Source of the DNA: Minisyncoccota bacterium
GTDB taxonomy: Bacteria > Patescibacteriota > Minisyncoccia > Minisyncoccales > MHMH01
Assembly (NCBI GenBank): GCA_028694095.1
Contig: JAQUTZ010000002.1
Coordinates: 9,254 to 33,253, forward strand
Direction of reading: 5' to 3'
DNA: 24,000 nt
Part shown: positions 8,248 through 16,811 of the stretch, one piece after another
Numbering within the stretch: the stretch's first letter is position 1
How the letters are laid out: every line of letters begins with the position of its first letter
Translations under genes and position numbers: made by a program
The notes under the pieces: generated by a model
Told to the model about the DNA's origin: nothing
The model's input: only the letters and a program-made list of their open reading frames with translations
Database searches by the model: none

Positions 8248-8934
8248 ATGATACTGCCAACAATTACAACCATCACTCCGGACTGGAGAAATAAAGTAAA
8301 AGAAGTAGAGGAGCTCGGGCTTAAGGAAGTAAATGTTTTTTTAACTTGCCTGAATAGAGAAAAGAGGGGAGAATTGTACGCCCTTTTAAAATCAGCTAAA
8401 ATATCCAAAGTTCCTTTCGTTCATATCAGGTCGGATATGGATCCTTCTGAGCTTGATTTGCTGGTTCGGGAATTCAAAACAGAGGTTTTTAATACCCACA
8501 CTCAAAGAGAATTTCCATTGTCATTTAATCTGGAAAAATACAAAGACGTAATTTACATTGAAAATACCTATAAACCTCTAGATGAGGAAGAGATCGGACA
8601 ATTTGCCGGGATTTGCTTAGACCTATCTCATCTGGACAACGATAGAAGATTCAGGGAAGACGTTTACGAACATAATATAAGGATAATAGAAAAGTATCCC
8701 TGCGGCTGCAACCATATTTCTCCCCAAAAGCCCTTTCCTTTATTGGGAGACAAAACCTGGGGAGCCGAACCCGACCATCCTCATTTCATGAAAAGCCTTT
8801 CGGAATTGGATTATTTAAAAAACTATCCTGAGCGATATTTTTCTTCCCATATAGCCATTGAAATGGAAAACAGCATTAAAGATCAAATGAAGGCCATAGA
8901 GCATATTAAGAGGATTTTACCTCATGTCAGATAA
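8248..8934 (+). CDS. Hypothetical protein, possibly a metal-dependent TIM-barrel (xylose-isomerase-like) fold
   Basis: 228-aa ORF with alternating beta/alpha-like pattern and scattered H/D/E (ICLDLSHLDND, CNHISP, IAIEMEN). Function not recognised; 11-nt overlap with acyP. Confidence 0.65.
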   Translation: MILPTITTITPDWRNKVKEVEELGLKEVNVFLTCLNREKRGELYALLKSAKISKVPFVHIRSDMDPSELDLLVREFKTEVFNTHTQREFPLSFNLEKYKDVIYIENTYKPLDEEEIGQFAGICLDLSHLDNDRRFREDVYEHNIRIIEKYPCGCNHISPQKPFPLLGDKTWGAEPDHPHFMKSLSELDYLKNYPERYFSSHIAIEMENSIKDQMKAIEHIKRILPHVR

Positions 8935-9205
8935 AATAAGAGCCCATGTTTTCGTTTCCGGACGAGTTCAGGGGGTGTTTTTCAGAGACAAAACCCGGCG
9001 AAAAGCCGAAGAATTAAACGTTCAAGGATGGGTCCGCAATCTTCCCGACGGCAAAGTGGAGGCCGTATTCGAGGGAGCTAAGGAAAGCGTAGAACAAATG
9101 GTTGACTGGGTAAGGGAGGGGCCGGCTTTCGCTCAAGTGGACAATATGGAGCTTTCTTGGCAAGACCATACTGGAGAATATAATGATTTTGAAATTAGGG
9201 CGTGA
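8924..9205 (+). CDS. acyP: Acylphosphatase
   Basis: VFVSGRVQGVFFRDKTRRKAEELNVQGWVRNLPDGKVEAVFEG is the canonical acylphosphatase signature; 93 aa; stop TGA. Confidence 0.9.
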   Translation: MSDKIRAHVFVSGRVQGVFFRDKTRRKAEELNVQGWVRNLPDGKVEAVFEGAKESVEQMVDWVREGPAFAQVDNMELSWQDHTGEYNDFEIRA

Positions 9206-9327
9206 AAATGAGACAGGCTTTTTTGAAAAACTAAAAAGTAGTAGAATGGAATAAGGGGTTAATTAATAACAAAAAACATATGCTTTCAAAAATCCCAATC
9301 AATCTGAAGAAAATCGAGGGTGAGAAG

Positions 9328-9561
9328 ATGGACCAGGAAATTCTCCGGGCGGCTGTTATCGCCGAGCTGGATGCCATTAATCTTTACGAGCAAATGGCCG
9401 CCATGACCGATAACGATAATCTTAAAAAGATTCTTTTGGATGTAGCCAAAGAGGAAAAAACCCACGTCGGCGAATTCGAAACTATGCTTTTAAAGCTCGA
9501 CGCAGAACAGGTGGAAGAGCTTAAGGCCGGAGAAAAGGAGGTCGACGAAATGATAAAATAG
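9328..9561 (+). CDS. EncFtn-like / rubrerythrin-superfamily mini-ferritin (ferritin-like half-bundle)
   Basis: AELDAINLYEQ...DVAKEEKTHVGEF matches the E..Y...ExxH di-iron pattern of encapsulated-ferritin-type proteins. ATG 9328 is preceded by GAGGGTGAG; the alternative upstream ATG 9280 lacks an SD. Confidence 0.75.
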   Translation: MDQEILRAAVIAELDAINLYEQMAAMTDNDNLKKILLDVAKEEKTHVGEFETMLLKLDAEQVEELKAGEKEVDEMIK

Positions 9562-9562
9562 C

Positions 9563-10111
9563 ATGGCGGAAATAATCAACATACCCGTCATTCTGGCGAC
9601 AGCCAGAAAAGGGCGAAGCTCTGAAAAAGCTGCCAATTTTATGCTTGAGCAGGCAAAAGCTTACGGCCTAGAAACCGAGCTTATCGACGTTAGGGATTAT
9701 AGGATAGAAGCCACTGACAATAGCGGAAATCTGCCGGAAGCCCAAAGGTTATCTTCCAAAATAAGCAGGGCTGATGGTCTGATAATAGTTTCTCCCGAAT
9801 ACAATCACGGATATCCCGGGGAGCTGAAAATGATGCTGGACATGCTTTATGAAGAATATTTTAAAAAGCCCGTCGGCTTCTGCGGAGTTTCTTCCGGGAT
9901 TTTCGGAGGAGTCAGGGGAGTGGAGCAGTTACGCCAAGTAAGCATTGAATTCCATATGGTTCCCATTAGGGAGGCGATGTATTTTCCTCAAATAGACAGT
10001 TTAATTAAAGACGACGGCAGGGTTACCGACAAAGATTACCATGACAGGGCTAAAAAGTTTTTAGACGAGCTTGTCTGGTACGCCAAAGCCCTAAAGCAGC
10101 ACAGAGATTAA
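9563..10111 (+). CDS. NAD(P)H-dependent FMN reductase family flavoprotein
   Basis: ILATARKGRSSEKAANF...ADGLIIVSPEYNHGYPGELKMMLD is the typical flavodoxin-like FMN_red pattern. Starts 1 nt after the upstream stop. Confidence 0.85.
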   Translation: MAEIINIPVILATARKGRSSEKAANFMLEQAKAYGLETELIDVRDYRIEATDNSGNLPEAQRLSSKISRADGLIIVSPEYNHGYPGELKMMLDMLYEEYFKKPVGFCGVSSGIFGGVRGVEQLRQVSIEFHMVPIREAMYFPQIDSLIKDDGRVTDKDYHDRAKKFLDELVWYAKALKQHRD

Positions 10112-10130
10112 TTATTAATATAAAAAACAC

Positions 10131-10736
10131 ATGCCAAGGGAAACATATTCTTTGCCAGAGCTGCCTTACGGATACGGGGATATGAAGCCCTGCATATCGG
10201 AAGAGCAACTGACCATTCATCATCAAAAGCACCACGCCGCCTACGTTAAAGGTGCGAATGCGGTATTTGAAAAGCTAGAAAAGGCTAGGGAGGAAAACGC
10301 CGACCTGGATATGAAGGCTACGTTAAAAGAGCTTTCGTTTCATATTGGCGGCCACGTGCTTCATTCTCTCTTTTGGCAGAATCTGGCTCCCGAAGGAAAG
10401 GGCGGGGGAGGAGAACCCGAAGGAGAGCTGGCAAAATTAATTAACGGAGAATTCGGCAGTTTTGAGAGATTTAAAAAAGAATTCACCCAGGCGGCAGTTT
10501 CCATTGAGGGCTCAGGCTGGGCCGCCTTGGCTTTAGACGGAAAGACGGGCAGGCCTGTCGTAATGCAGATTGAAAAACATAACCTGAATATGTATCCTAA
10601 TTTCAAAATACTGATAGTTTTGGATTTTTGGGAACACGCTTATTACATAGACTACAAAAATGAAAAGGCTAAATTCGCCGAGGCCTTTTGGAATATAATT
10701 AACTGGAAGGAAGCCGCCAGCCGGCTTCAAAGCTGA
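10131..10736 (+). CDS. sod: Fe/Mn-family superoxide dismutase
   Basis: LPELPYGYGDMKPCISEEQLTIHHQKHHAAYV and LDFWEHAYYIDYKN; 201 aa; stop TGA. Metal specificity is not determinable here. Confidence 0.95.
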   Translation: MPRETYSLPELPYGYGDMKPCISEEQLTIHHQKHHAAYVKGANAVFEKLEKAREENADLDMKATLKELSFHIGGHVLHSLFWQNLAPEGKGGGGEPEGELAKLINGEFGSFERFKKEFTQAAVSIEGSGWAALALDGKTGRPVVMQIEKHNLNMYPNFKILIVLDFWEHAYYIDYKNEKAKFAEAFWNIINWKEAASRLQS

Positions 10737-10741
10737 ATTTT

Positions 10742-11188
10742 ATGGCAAAAGAAGACTCCATTTTAAACCTGATGCTCGCTCACCACGCTTTCATAGAATC
10801 CCTTTTCCTGATTTTTAAAGACAATCTGGCCGGCAACCCCGAGGCTGCTCCTCTTGCCTTGGCTGATTTTAAAAACCAGCTTAAAAAACACTTCGTTTCA
10901 GAGGAAAAAGCGGTTTTCGGATTCTGTAAAGATAAGAGGGATAGCGAACTTTGTCGAATAGTGGAAATTTTAATGAAGCAGCACGAAATGATGATGGATA
11001 TGGTGAATAACATAGAGATAGCTTTAAGCGTTAAAAAAGAAACGGATTCGGAGACCCTGGAAAAGATGCTGAGAATCCATAGGGACATTGAAGAAAAAGA
11101 GCTGTATCCCGAGATAGATGAGAGGTTTGGCGGACCGGAAAAAAAGATAATGATAGAGGAGATTAATAAGATTGTTTTGGAAAAATAA
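10742..11188 (+). CDS. Hemerythrin-like HHE cation-binding domain protein
   Basis: Spaced His/Glu helices (LAHHAFIESL, LKKHFVSEEKAVF, MKQHEMMM, RIHRDIEEKELYPEID). Starts 5 nt after sod. Confidence 0.75.
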   Translation: MAKEDSILNLMLAHHAFIESLFLIFKDNLAGNPEAAPLALADFKNQLKKHFVSEEKAVFGFCKDKRDSELCRIVEILMKQHEMMMDMVNNIEIALSVKKETDSETLEKMLRIHRDIEEKELYPEIDERFGGPEKKIMIEEINKIVLEK

Positions 11189-11204
11189 CTAACAATGGTA
11201 ATCT

Positions 11205-11234
11205 GGCCCCGCTTTCACCGGGGCCGTTTTGTTA
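11205..11234 (+). terminator. Intrinsic terminator closing the ferritin-reductase-SOD-hemerythrin operon
   Basis: GGCCCCG-CTTTCAC-CGGGGCC followed by GTTTTGTT. Confidence 0.8.
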
Positions 11235-11269
11235 TAACCTCTCCTAATGTATAATTAAATAACAGAAAT

Positions 11270-13273
11270 ATGATAAAAAAATCTCACTCCGGGGAAATGT
11301 CCGGCCATTCCCAAAATAAGCACGGCAGCCACCACGAAATGATGGTCAGGGACTTTAAAAAGAGATTCTGGATATCTTTGTTTTTTGCTGTTCCGGTTTT
11401 AGCGCTTTCGCCGATGATACAGGGATTCTTCGGTTTCAGTTTTGAGTTTCCGGGAGATAAATATTTGCTTTTAGTTATTTCTACCTTTATATTCTTTTAC
11501 GGCGGCTGGCCGTTTTTGACGGGACTTTACAAAGAAGTTAAATCCAGAAAACCCGGAATGATGACTCTGATAGGCCTGGCCATTATCGTTGCCTTCTCTT
11601 ACAGCGCGGCAGTGGTATTGGGTGTTCCAGGAAAAGTATTTTTCTGGGAGCTGGCAACCCTTATAGTCATTATGCTTCTGGGCCACTGGATAGAAATGAG
11701 GTCAGTTATGGGCGCTTCCAGGGCCTTGGAAGCGATAGTAAAATTAATACCCTCCCAGGCTCATTTAATAAAAGACGGGGAAATTGTCGACGTTCCGGTT
11801 TCCGAGCTTTCGATAGGCGATACGGTGCTTGTTAAGCCGGGCGAGAAAATCCCCTCCGACGGAAGAATCGTTAATGGCGAAAGCAGCGTAAACGAAGCTA
11901 TGCTGACAGGAGAGTCTAAGCCGGTAAGCAAAAAAGAGGGAGAAGAGGTTATCGGAGGTTCGGTAAACGGAGAAGGGGCGATAAGCGTAAAAATAACCCA
12001 TACTGGTAAAGATTCTTACATATCCCAAGTGCTCGATCTGGTGAACAAAGCCCAGCAGTCAAAATCGAAAACCCAAAGCTTGGCCGACAGGGCCGCTCTC
12101 TGGCTGACCTTTATTGCCATATCAGTAGGCTTGGCTACTTTAGCGGCCTGGCTTTTATCGGGCAGGGATTTTGTTTTTGCCCTAGAGAGAATGGTTACGG
12201 TAATGATCATTACCTGTCCCCACGCCCTAGGACTGGCGGTGCCTTTAGTCGTGGCAGTTTCCACTTCTCTTTCTGCTAGAAACGGGCTTTTGATAAGAAA
12301 CAGGACCGCTTTTGAAAGGGCTAGGAATATAGATGCTGTTATCTTTGACAAGACAGGAACGTTAACTAAAGGGGAGTTTGGGGTTACGGATATAATCGCT
12401 GCGGACGGTTATCAAAAAAGAGACGTATTAGCCTACGCCGCTTCGCTGGAATCCAATTCCGAGCATCCTATCGCCAAGGGAGTTCTTAAAAAATCAAAGG
12501 AGGAAAAGATTCAATTAAAGGAAGCCAAGGGATTCATTTCTTTACCGGGAAAGGGAGTCAGGGGAGATATCGACGGTAAAACAATATGGGCTGTCGGCCA
12601 GAATTATCTTAAGGAGAAGGGGATAAGCCCGGATTTTCTTAAAACAGGAGGGATGATGGAACAAGGGAAAACCGTGGTCTATATTCTCTCCGGCGAAGAT
12701 TTAATCGGAGCCATTGCCCTTGCTGATTTAATAAAAGACGGGTCCGCAGAAGCCGTTCAAAGACTGAAAGGCCAGGGCATAAAGTGCATTATGCTCACGG
12801 GAGACAACCGGCAGGTGGCAAAATGGGTAGCAGATGAACTGGGTTTGGATGAGTTTTTTGCGGAAGTTCTTCCTCAAGAAAAATCAGAGGTGGTTGAGAG
12901 GATTCAAGCAAAGGGTTTGAAAGTAGCCATGGTCGGAGACGGAGTTAATGACGCCCCGGCGCTGGCTCAGTCGGATGTGGGCATAGCTATTGGAGCTGGA
13001 ACCGATGTTGCCATAGAATCCGCCGACATTATTCTGGTCAAAAGCGATCCTAGAGATGTAGCTTCGATTATTGGCTTGGCCAAAGCCACCTACAGAAAAA
13101 TGAAGCAAAATCTCTTTTGGGCTACCGGCTACAATGTTGTTGCCATACCCCTTGCTGCAGGCGTTTTGCACGGCTACGGGATTCTTTTAAGTCCGGCTGT
13201 CGGAGCTGCGCTGATGTCTCTCAGTACGGTTATAGTTGCAATAAACGCCAGATTCATGTCGGTAAAAAAATAG
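11270..13273 (+). CDS. copB: Copper-translocating P1B-type ATPase, CopB-like (His-rich N-terminus, CPH motif)
   Basis: N-terminal [23 protein letters not shown] motif [39 protein letters not shown] 11250-11255 lies upstream. Confidence 0.92.
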   Translation: MIKKSHSGEMSGHSQNKHGSHHEMMVRDFKKRFWISLFFAVPVLALSPMIQGFFGFSFEFPGDKYLLLVISTFIFFYGGWPFLTGLYKEVKSRKPGMMTLIGLAIIVAFSYSAAVVLGVPGKVFFWELATLIVIMLLGHWIEMRSVMGASRALEAIVKLIPSQAHLIKDGEIVDVPVSELSIGDTVLVKPGEKIPSDGRIVNGESSVNEAMLTGESKPVSKKEGEEVIGGSVNGEGAISVKITHTGKDSYISQVLDLVNKAQQSKSKTQSLADRAALWLTFIAISVGLATLAAWLLSGRDFVFALERMVTVMIITCPHALGLAVPLVVAVSTSLSARNGLLIRNRTAFERARNIDAVIFDKTGTLTKGEFGVTDIIAADGYQKRDVLAYAASLESNSEHPIAKGVLKKSKEEKIQLKEAKGFISLPGKGVRGDIDGKTIWAVGQNYLKEKGISPDFLKTGGMMEQGKTVVYILSGEDLIGAIALADLIKDGSAEAVQRLKGQGIKCIMLTGDNRQVAKWVADELGLDEFFAEVLPQEKSEVVERIQAKGLKVAMVGDGVNDAPALAQSDVGIAIGAGTDVAIESADIILVKSDPRDVASIIGLAKATYRKMKQNLFWATGYNVVAIPLAAGVLHGYGILLSPAVGAALMSLSTVIVAINARFMSVKK

Positions 13274-13329
13274 ACACTCCTTTTTGCAGATGGTAGAATA
13301 ATTATAGTTTTATTATTAATTTTTTTCAT

Positions 13330-14127
13330 ATGAAAAACAAAAACTTCGATTATGATAAAATTATGCAGTATAAAAAAAGCGGAATTGTAATTTTGCTTCT
13401 TTTCGCTGTATTAGTTTGGCTGGGCATTGATATAACAAATAAAATACAGGAATCCAGATATATCGGCCAAGATGTTTCTTACCGCAATACTATTGCCGTG
13501 CAGGCAACCGGAGAGGTATACGCCAGCCCGGATTTAGCCTTAACTACGGCATCTGTAATAACGGAAGCAAAAAACGTCGAGGAAGCTCTTTCCGAAAACA
13601 CGGAAAAAATGAATTCCGTAATATCCTTCCTAAAAGAACAGGGAATTGAAGATAAAGATCTTAAAACCACCGGTTTCAATATTTATCCCCGCTATGAATA
13701 CTACGAAAGAACCGAAGACCGCCCCTCGGGCGAAAGAGTTCTGGTCGGATACGAAGTTAATCAGTCTTTGCAAGTTAAAATAAGAGACCTTGAGTCGATT
13801 GGAACCATTATTCAGGGAGCTACGGAAAACGGAGCTAATAACGTAAGCGGTTTGAGTTTTACCATTGAAAACCAGGATGAATTGAATGGACAGGCTAGGG
13901 GAGAGGCAATTGAGGAAGCTAAAATAAAAGCAGAGGAATTAGCTGCCCAATTAGGGGTAAAGCTGGCTAAAATCACCAATTTTTCCGAGTCATCGACGTA
14001 TCCCAGGTATTATGAGTTTGCTAAAGTAGCCTCAGAAGAAATGGATGCTGCCGGATCCGCTCCCAGCATAGAAACCGGAGAGAATAAGATTGAAGTGACG
14101 GTTAATTTAACCTATGAAATTTATTAA
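13330..14127 (+). CDS. SIMPL / DUF541 family protein with N-terminal membrane anchor
   Basis: TIAVQATGEVYASPDLALTTASV...NIYPRYEY...GYEVNQSLQVKIRDL...ENQDELNGQARGEAIEEAK is the typical SIMPL pattern. Confidence 0.85.
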   Translation: MKNKNFDYDKIMQYKKSGIVILLLFAVLVWLGIDITNKIQESRYIGQDVSYRNTIAVQATGEVYASPDLALTTASVITEAKNVEEALSENTEKMNSVISFLKEQGIEDKDLKTTGFNIYPRYEYYERTEDRPSGERVLVGYEVNQSLQVKIRDLESIGTIIQGATENGANNVSGLSFTIENQDELNGQARGEAIEEAKIKAEELAAQLGVKLAKITNFSESSTYPRYYEFAKVASEEMDAAGSAPSIETGENKIEVTVNLTYEIY

Positions 14128-14788
14128 AAGACTCCTAGGAAACCAAGCGGTTTCCTTGGCGATTTCGGTTTTGCTGATAGCGGGAGCGGGGGCGGCAATC
14201 TATTATTTTTCCCAGCATGACTGGCAGCCCGGAACCGTTCCCGGCAACGAAAACGAAGAAATTCAGTTTGAGCCCCAAGAAGAGAATTCCAACGAGAATC
14301 AGCCTCCTGAAGAAGGTTTTAATACGGATAGAATCCTTAACGAAGAAACCTACAGCATACTCGTGCCTGCCGGATGGGCTCAAGCCAGCACGGAAGATTC
14401 GAGGTTTTTGGCTTTAGTGGTAAAGCCCATAGGAGAATTTGATCCTCAAAGCACGGAAGAAATAGAATATAACGCTTATTACGCGGTCAACAATACCGAA
14501 CTGCCCCAAGACAGCTTGGAAGAATATGTAAATCTTTTAAAGCAGAACCTGATAATTGAAGATTCCACTATTACGGTAGTGGACCAGTATTCGGGAGCAA
14601 TCAGCGGCCGGGAAGCGATATATTTGGAGCTGCAAAGTTTTTCGGGCGGCCAAGACTACAAAACACTGCTTGTTTTCGTGGAAGACGGGGAATGGGTGTG
14701 GGCCTTGTCGTTCAACGCCCCCTCTGACTCCTGGGAAGATGACGAAGAAACTTTCCGGCAAGTTGCCGGAAGCCTGACAATTAAATAA
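14114..14788 (+). CDS. Hypothetical membrane-anchored extracytoplasmic protein (possible PsbP/DcrB-like fold)
   Basis: TM helix AVSLAISVLLIAGAGAAIYYF, an acidic linker, then a YSILVPAGWAQ-type beta-rich domain. 14-nt overlap with the SIMPL gene. Confidence 0.7.
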   Translation: MKFIKRLLGNQAVSLAISVLLIAGAGAAIYYFSQHDWQPGTVPGNENEEIQFEPQEENSNENQPPEEGFNTDRILNEETYSILVPAGWAQASTEDSRFLALVVKPIGEFDPQSTEEIEYNAYYAVNNTELPQDSLEEYVNLLKQNLIIEDSTITVVDQYSGAISGREAIYLELQSFSGGQDYKTLLVFVEDGEWVWALSFNAPSDSWEDDEETFRQVAGSLTIK

Positions 14789-14804
14789 AATTTCTAAAGA
14801 CGAT

Positions 14805-14838
14805 AAAGGCTCCTCATTGCTGAGGAGCCTTTTATTTT
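14805..14838. terminator. Strong bidirectional intrinsic terminator
   Basis: AAAGGCTCCTCA-TTGC-TGAGGAGCCTTT (12-bp stem) followed by TATTTT. Confidence 0.85.
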
Positions 14839-15019
14839 CGCTTGCGGCTGAAAGAACGTTTTCCGCTCCGCCTAGATATTTGGCCGGAATTTTGGGAAGA
14901 TTGTTAAGTGTTTCCCTGTCTCCCTCCATGATTGCGCGGTCAACTATGGCCTCCATAATCCCTCCTTAATTTTCTCACTTCCACTAGAATATATTTTCTA
15001 TTATTATTGTCAAGGGGGA

Positions 15020-15047
15020 TTGATAAAAATTGCAATTTAAGTATAGT
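15020..15047 (+). promoter_or_regulatory. Promoter candidate for the 15082 gene
   Basis: TTGATA 15020-15025, 16-nt spacer, TATAGT 15042-15047. Confidence 0.5.
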
Positions 15048-15081
15048 AAAAGCAGTAAGTTCTTTAAGAAAGGGGGATAAA

Positions 15082-15573
15082 ATGCCCGGAGCTATGACCC
15101 TGGACAGGGTAAACGACGCTGAAACAGAAGAAAAAGAAAAGCTCGACCGCTTTTTTGCGGTTACTAAAACCTCGGTTTACAGGGTGGAAAGCGAAAAAGA
15201 CGAAAACCGCGATCCGATTGTCGAAAAAATTGCTCTTCGCGGCGTAAGCAGACTATCGGTTGGCGGCCGCCTGCATAACGGCGATTTTGTCGGCATAATG
15301 AAGGCGGGACTCGTCCTATACATAGAGGACCATCCGAAATCCGGACGCATCCAAAAACCCGAGGAAGTTAACACTGCCTTCTGGGGCGGCCATACTTCCG
15401 CCATCGTCGGATTATTCCTGGAAAAGGACGATGCCATGAACTGCAACCACACTCCGTTTCTGCAGATATGCGATCCCAGGTGGCGCAAAGAAACCGAAAA
15501 AACGCTGAGAGCAATCGGAGAAAACCATCCGGTCTTCATTCTGTCTCTTTGGGACCCCATTTCCTATGATTAA
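15082..15573 (+). CDS. Hypothetical protein (163 aa), no recognisable family
   Basis: ATG 15082 is preceded by AAGAAAGGGGGA. The track start 15007 is a TTG lying upstream of the predicted promoter. Own promoter and terminator. Confidence 0.65.
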   Translation: MPGAMTLDRVNDAETEEKEKLDRFFAVTKTSVYRVESEKDENRDPIVEKIALRGVSRLSVGGRLHNGDFVGIMKAGLVLYIEDHPKSGRIQKPEEVNTAFWGGHTSAIVGLFLEKDDAMNCNHTPFLQICDPRWRKETEKTLRAIGENHPVFILSLWDPISYD

Positions 15574-15587
15574 AAGCCAATAAAAAA

Positions 15588-15620
15588 AACCGTTAGCGCT
15601 AACTAACGGTTTTATTTTTA
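15588..15620. terminator. Bidirectional terminator between convergent genes
   Basis: AACCGTTAG-CGCTAA-CTAACGGTT flanked by A8 and TTTATTTTTATTT. It contains the stop codon of the minus-strand gene. Confidence 0.75.
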
Positions 15621-16702
15621 TTTGATATAAAGCCCGCTATTGCCTTAAGCGCGGCCTTTTCTTTTTCCTTCCAGCCTAATTTGTCGGAAATGATGTAAAA
15701 ATTAGGATGGTCCCTCCAAACTTCTTTAATGCGATCGCCGAGTCTCCTGGCCTGTTCATAATCTTCCGAACGGGCGGGATTATTGGATTTCATTTTCTCA
15801 TATATATCGGGAGGAGGAACTTCCAAGCATACGACCAAATCATACTGAGCGTATTCCGATTGCCTGGAGGTTTTGTAAATGTTTTCCATTTCTTCCAACC
15901 CGCCGGACATATAGGCGGCGTTATCTACAGAGCCGCGATCCAAGACAAGAGCCTGCTTTCCCTGTAAAATGGCGTATTCGGCGGATGTAGCTTCGAATAT
16001 TTTCTGAATTCTGTAGATTGTCCTGTTGAACCGCTGGACCGCCAGCGGGTCTCCGGGAACCGGCTTTATTCCTACCTGGGAAATGACGATTGCGGCCGTT
16101 TCGGGAACGCAATGAATACAGCTCCCCATGGCAGATTTAAGGGATTCCATGATTGAACTTTTTCCAGAGCAGGGGCCGCCGGTAAGAACGATCTTGAGAA
16201 TCTTTCCGGAAAGCATTTGATATACCAGGTCCAGAGGTTCTGCAGATGTGCCCTTGAGATCGGTAGCCAGCCTGGCTAAATGGAGATTAGAAAGGGAGTC
16301 GGTGACTTCTTTAGCCTCTTTTATCCATTCGGGCAGACATACTTTTTCAGAGGCGGAATTTATCTCCTTTTCCGCCAAAATCAATCCTTTTAATGGATGA
16401 TGGAAAAAATCGACGCTCCAGTCCTGGCAAAAATAACGGTCTTTTTCGATAATATGGACGCAGGATTCCAGGAGAAGGTTTGCCGTATCCAGGGCAATAG
16501 GATGCTCTATTTCCCTTCTTTTTATCCCCGAACCGAGCTTTTGGGTGACTACGGCTTCTTTGCCGTCCATTATTCTTACCCTCAGGCTGTGTTCGGGGAA
16601 AGGAATCTCAAAGTACCCTTGAACAATCGAGATTGCCCGTCCCAGTTCGGCTTTAGGGTCCAAAGAAGAAACTAAAAATCTGCGCTCTATTTCATAAACC
16701 AT
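15599..16702 (-). CDS. Two-domain protein: N-terminal CYTH (triphosphate tunnel metalloenzyme) + C-terminal P-loop NTPase/kinase (AAA_28 / NadR-kinase-like)
   Basis: CYTH motifs in order: EIERRF, RVR, TQK, RREIEH, DRYF, VDFF, LAEKE. Walker A is LTGGPCSGKSS. The start was moved to ATG 16702 (GGAGG 5 nt upstream); the track start 16714 is TTG. Confidence 0.85.
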   Translation of the reverse strand: MVYEIERRFLVSSLDPKAELGRAISIVQGYFEIPFPEHSLRVRIMDGKEAVVTQKLGSGIKRREIEHPIALDTANLLLESCVHIIEKDRYFCQDWSVDFFHHPLKGLILAEKEINSASEKVCLPEWIKEAKEVTDSLSNLHLARLATDLKGTSAEPLDLVYQMLSGKILKIVLTGGPCSGKSSIMESLKSAMGSCIHCVPETAAIVISQVGIKPVPGDPLAVQRFNRTIYRIQKIFEATSAEYAILQGKQALVLDRGSVDNAAYMSGGLEEMENIYKTSRQSEYAQYDLVVCLEVPPPDIYEKMKSNNPARSEDYEQARRLGDRIKEVWRDHPNFYIISDKLGWKEKEKAALKAIAGFISNKNKTVS

Positions 16703-16732
16703 GATATCCTCCAATTTTAAAAGTGCTAATCA

Positions 16733-16761
16733 ATGATATAATTTTAAGGGGTCGAGGTCAA
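16733..16761 (-). promoter_or_regulatory. Promoter candidate for the CYTH-kinase gene
   Basis: On the minus strand: TTGACC (plus 16756-16761), 17-nt spacer, TATCAT (plus 16733-16738). Confidence 0.5.
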
Positions 16762-16769
16762 CCGTTGCG

Positions 16770-16798
16770 TTTTCCTTTAATGATTCCCTTGTTATAAT
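16770..16798 (+). promoter_or_regulatory. Extended -10 promoter candidate for the 16812 gene
   Basis: TGtTATAAT 16790-16798 with a weak -35 (TTTTCC). Confidence 0.45.
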
Positions 16799-16811
16799 CA
16801 AACAAAGAGTT

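Noticed and set aside
3635-10736. Alternative genetic code with TGA as a sense codon (as in some candidate phyla), to explain the in-frame TGA at 17307.
   Set aside because: TGA ends the CARDB/TSP3 gene (3635-3637), acyP (9203-9205) and sod (10734-10736) at the expected protein lengths. Long conserved genes (pyrG, gltX, copB) contain no in-frame TGA. The standard bacterial code therefore applies.
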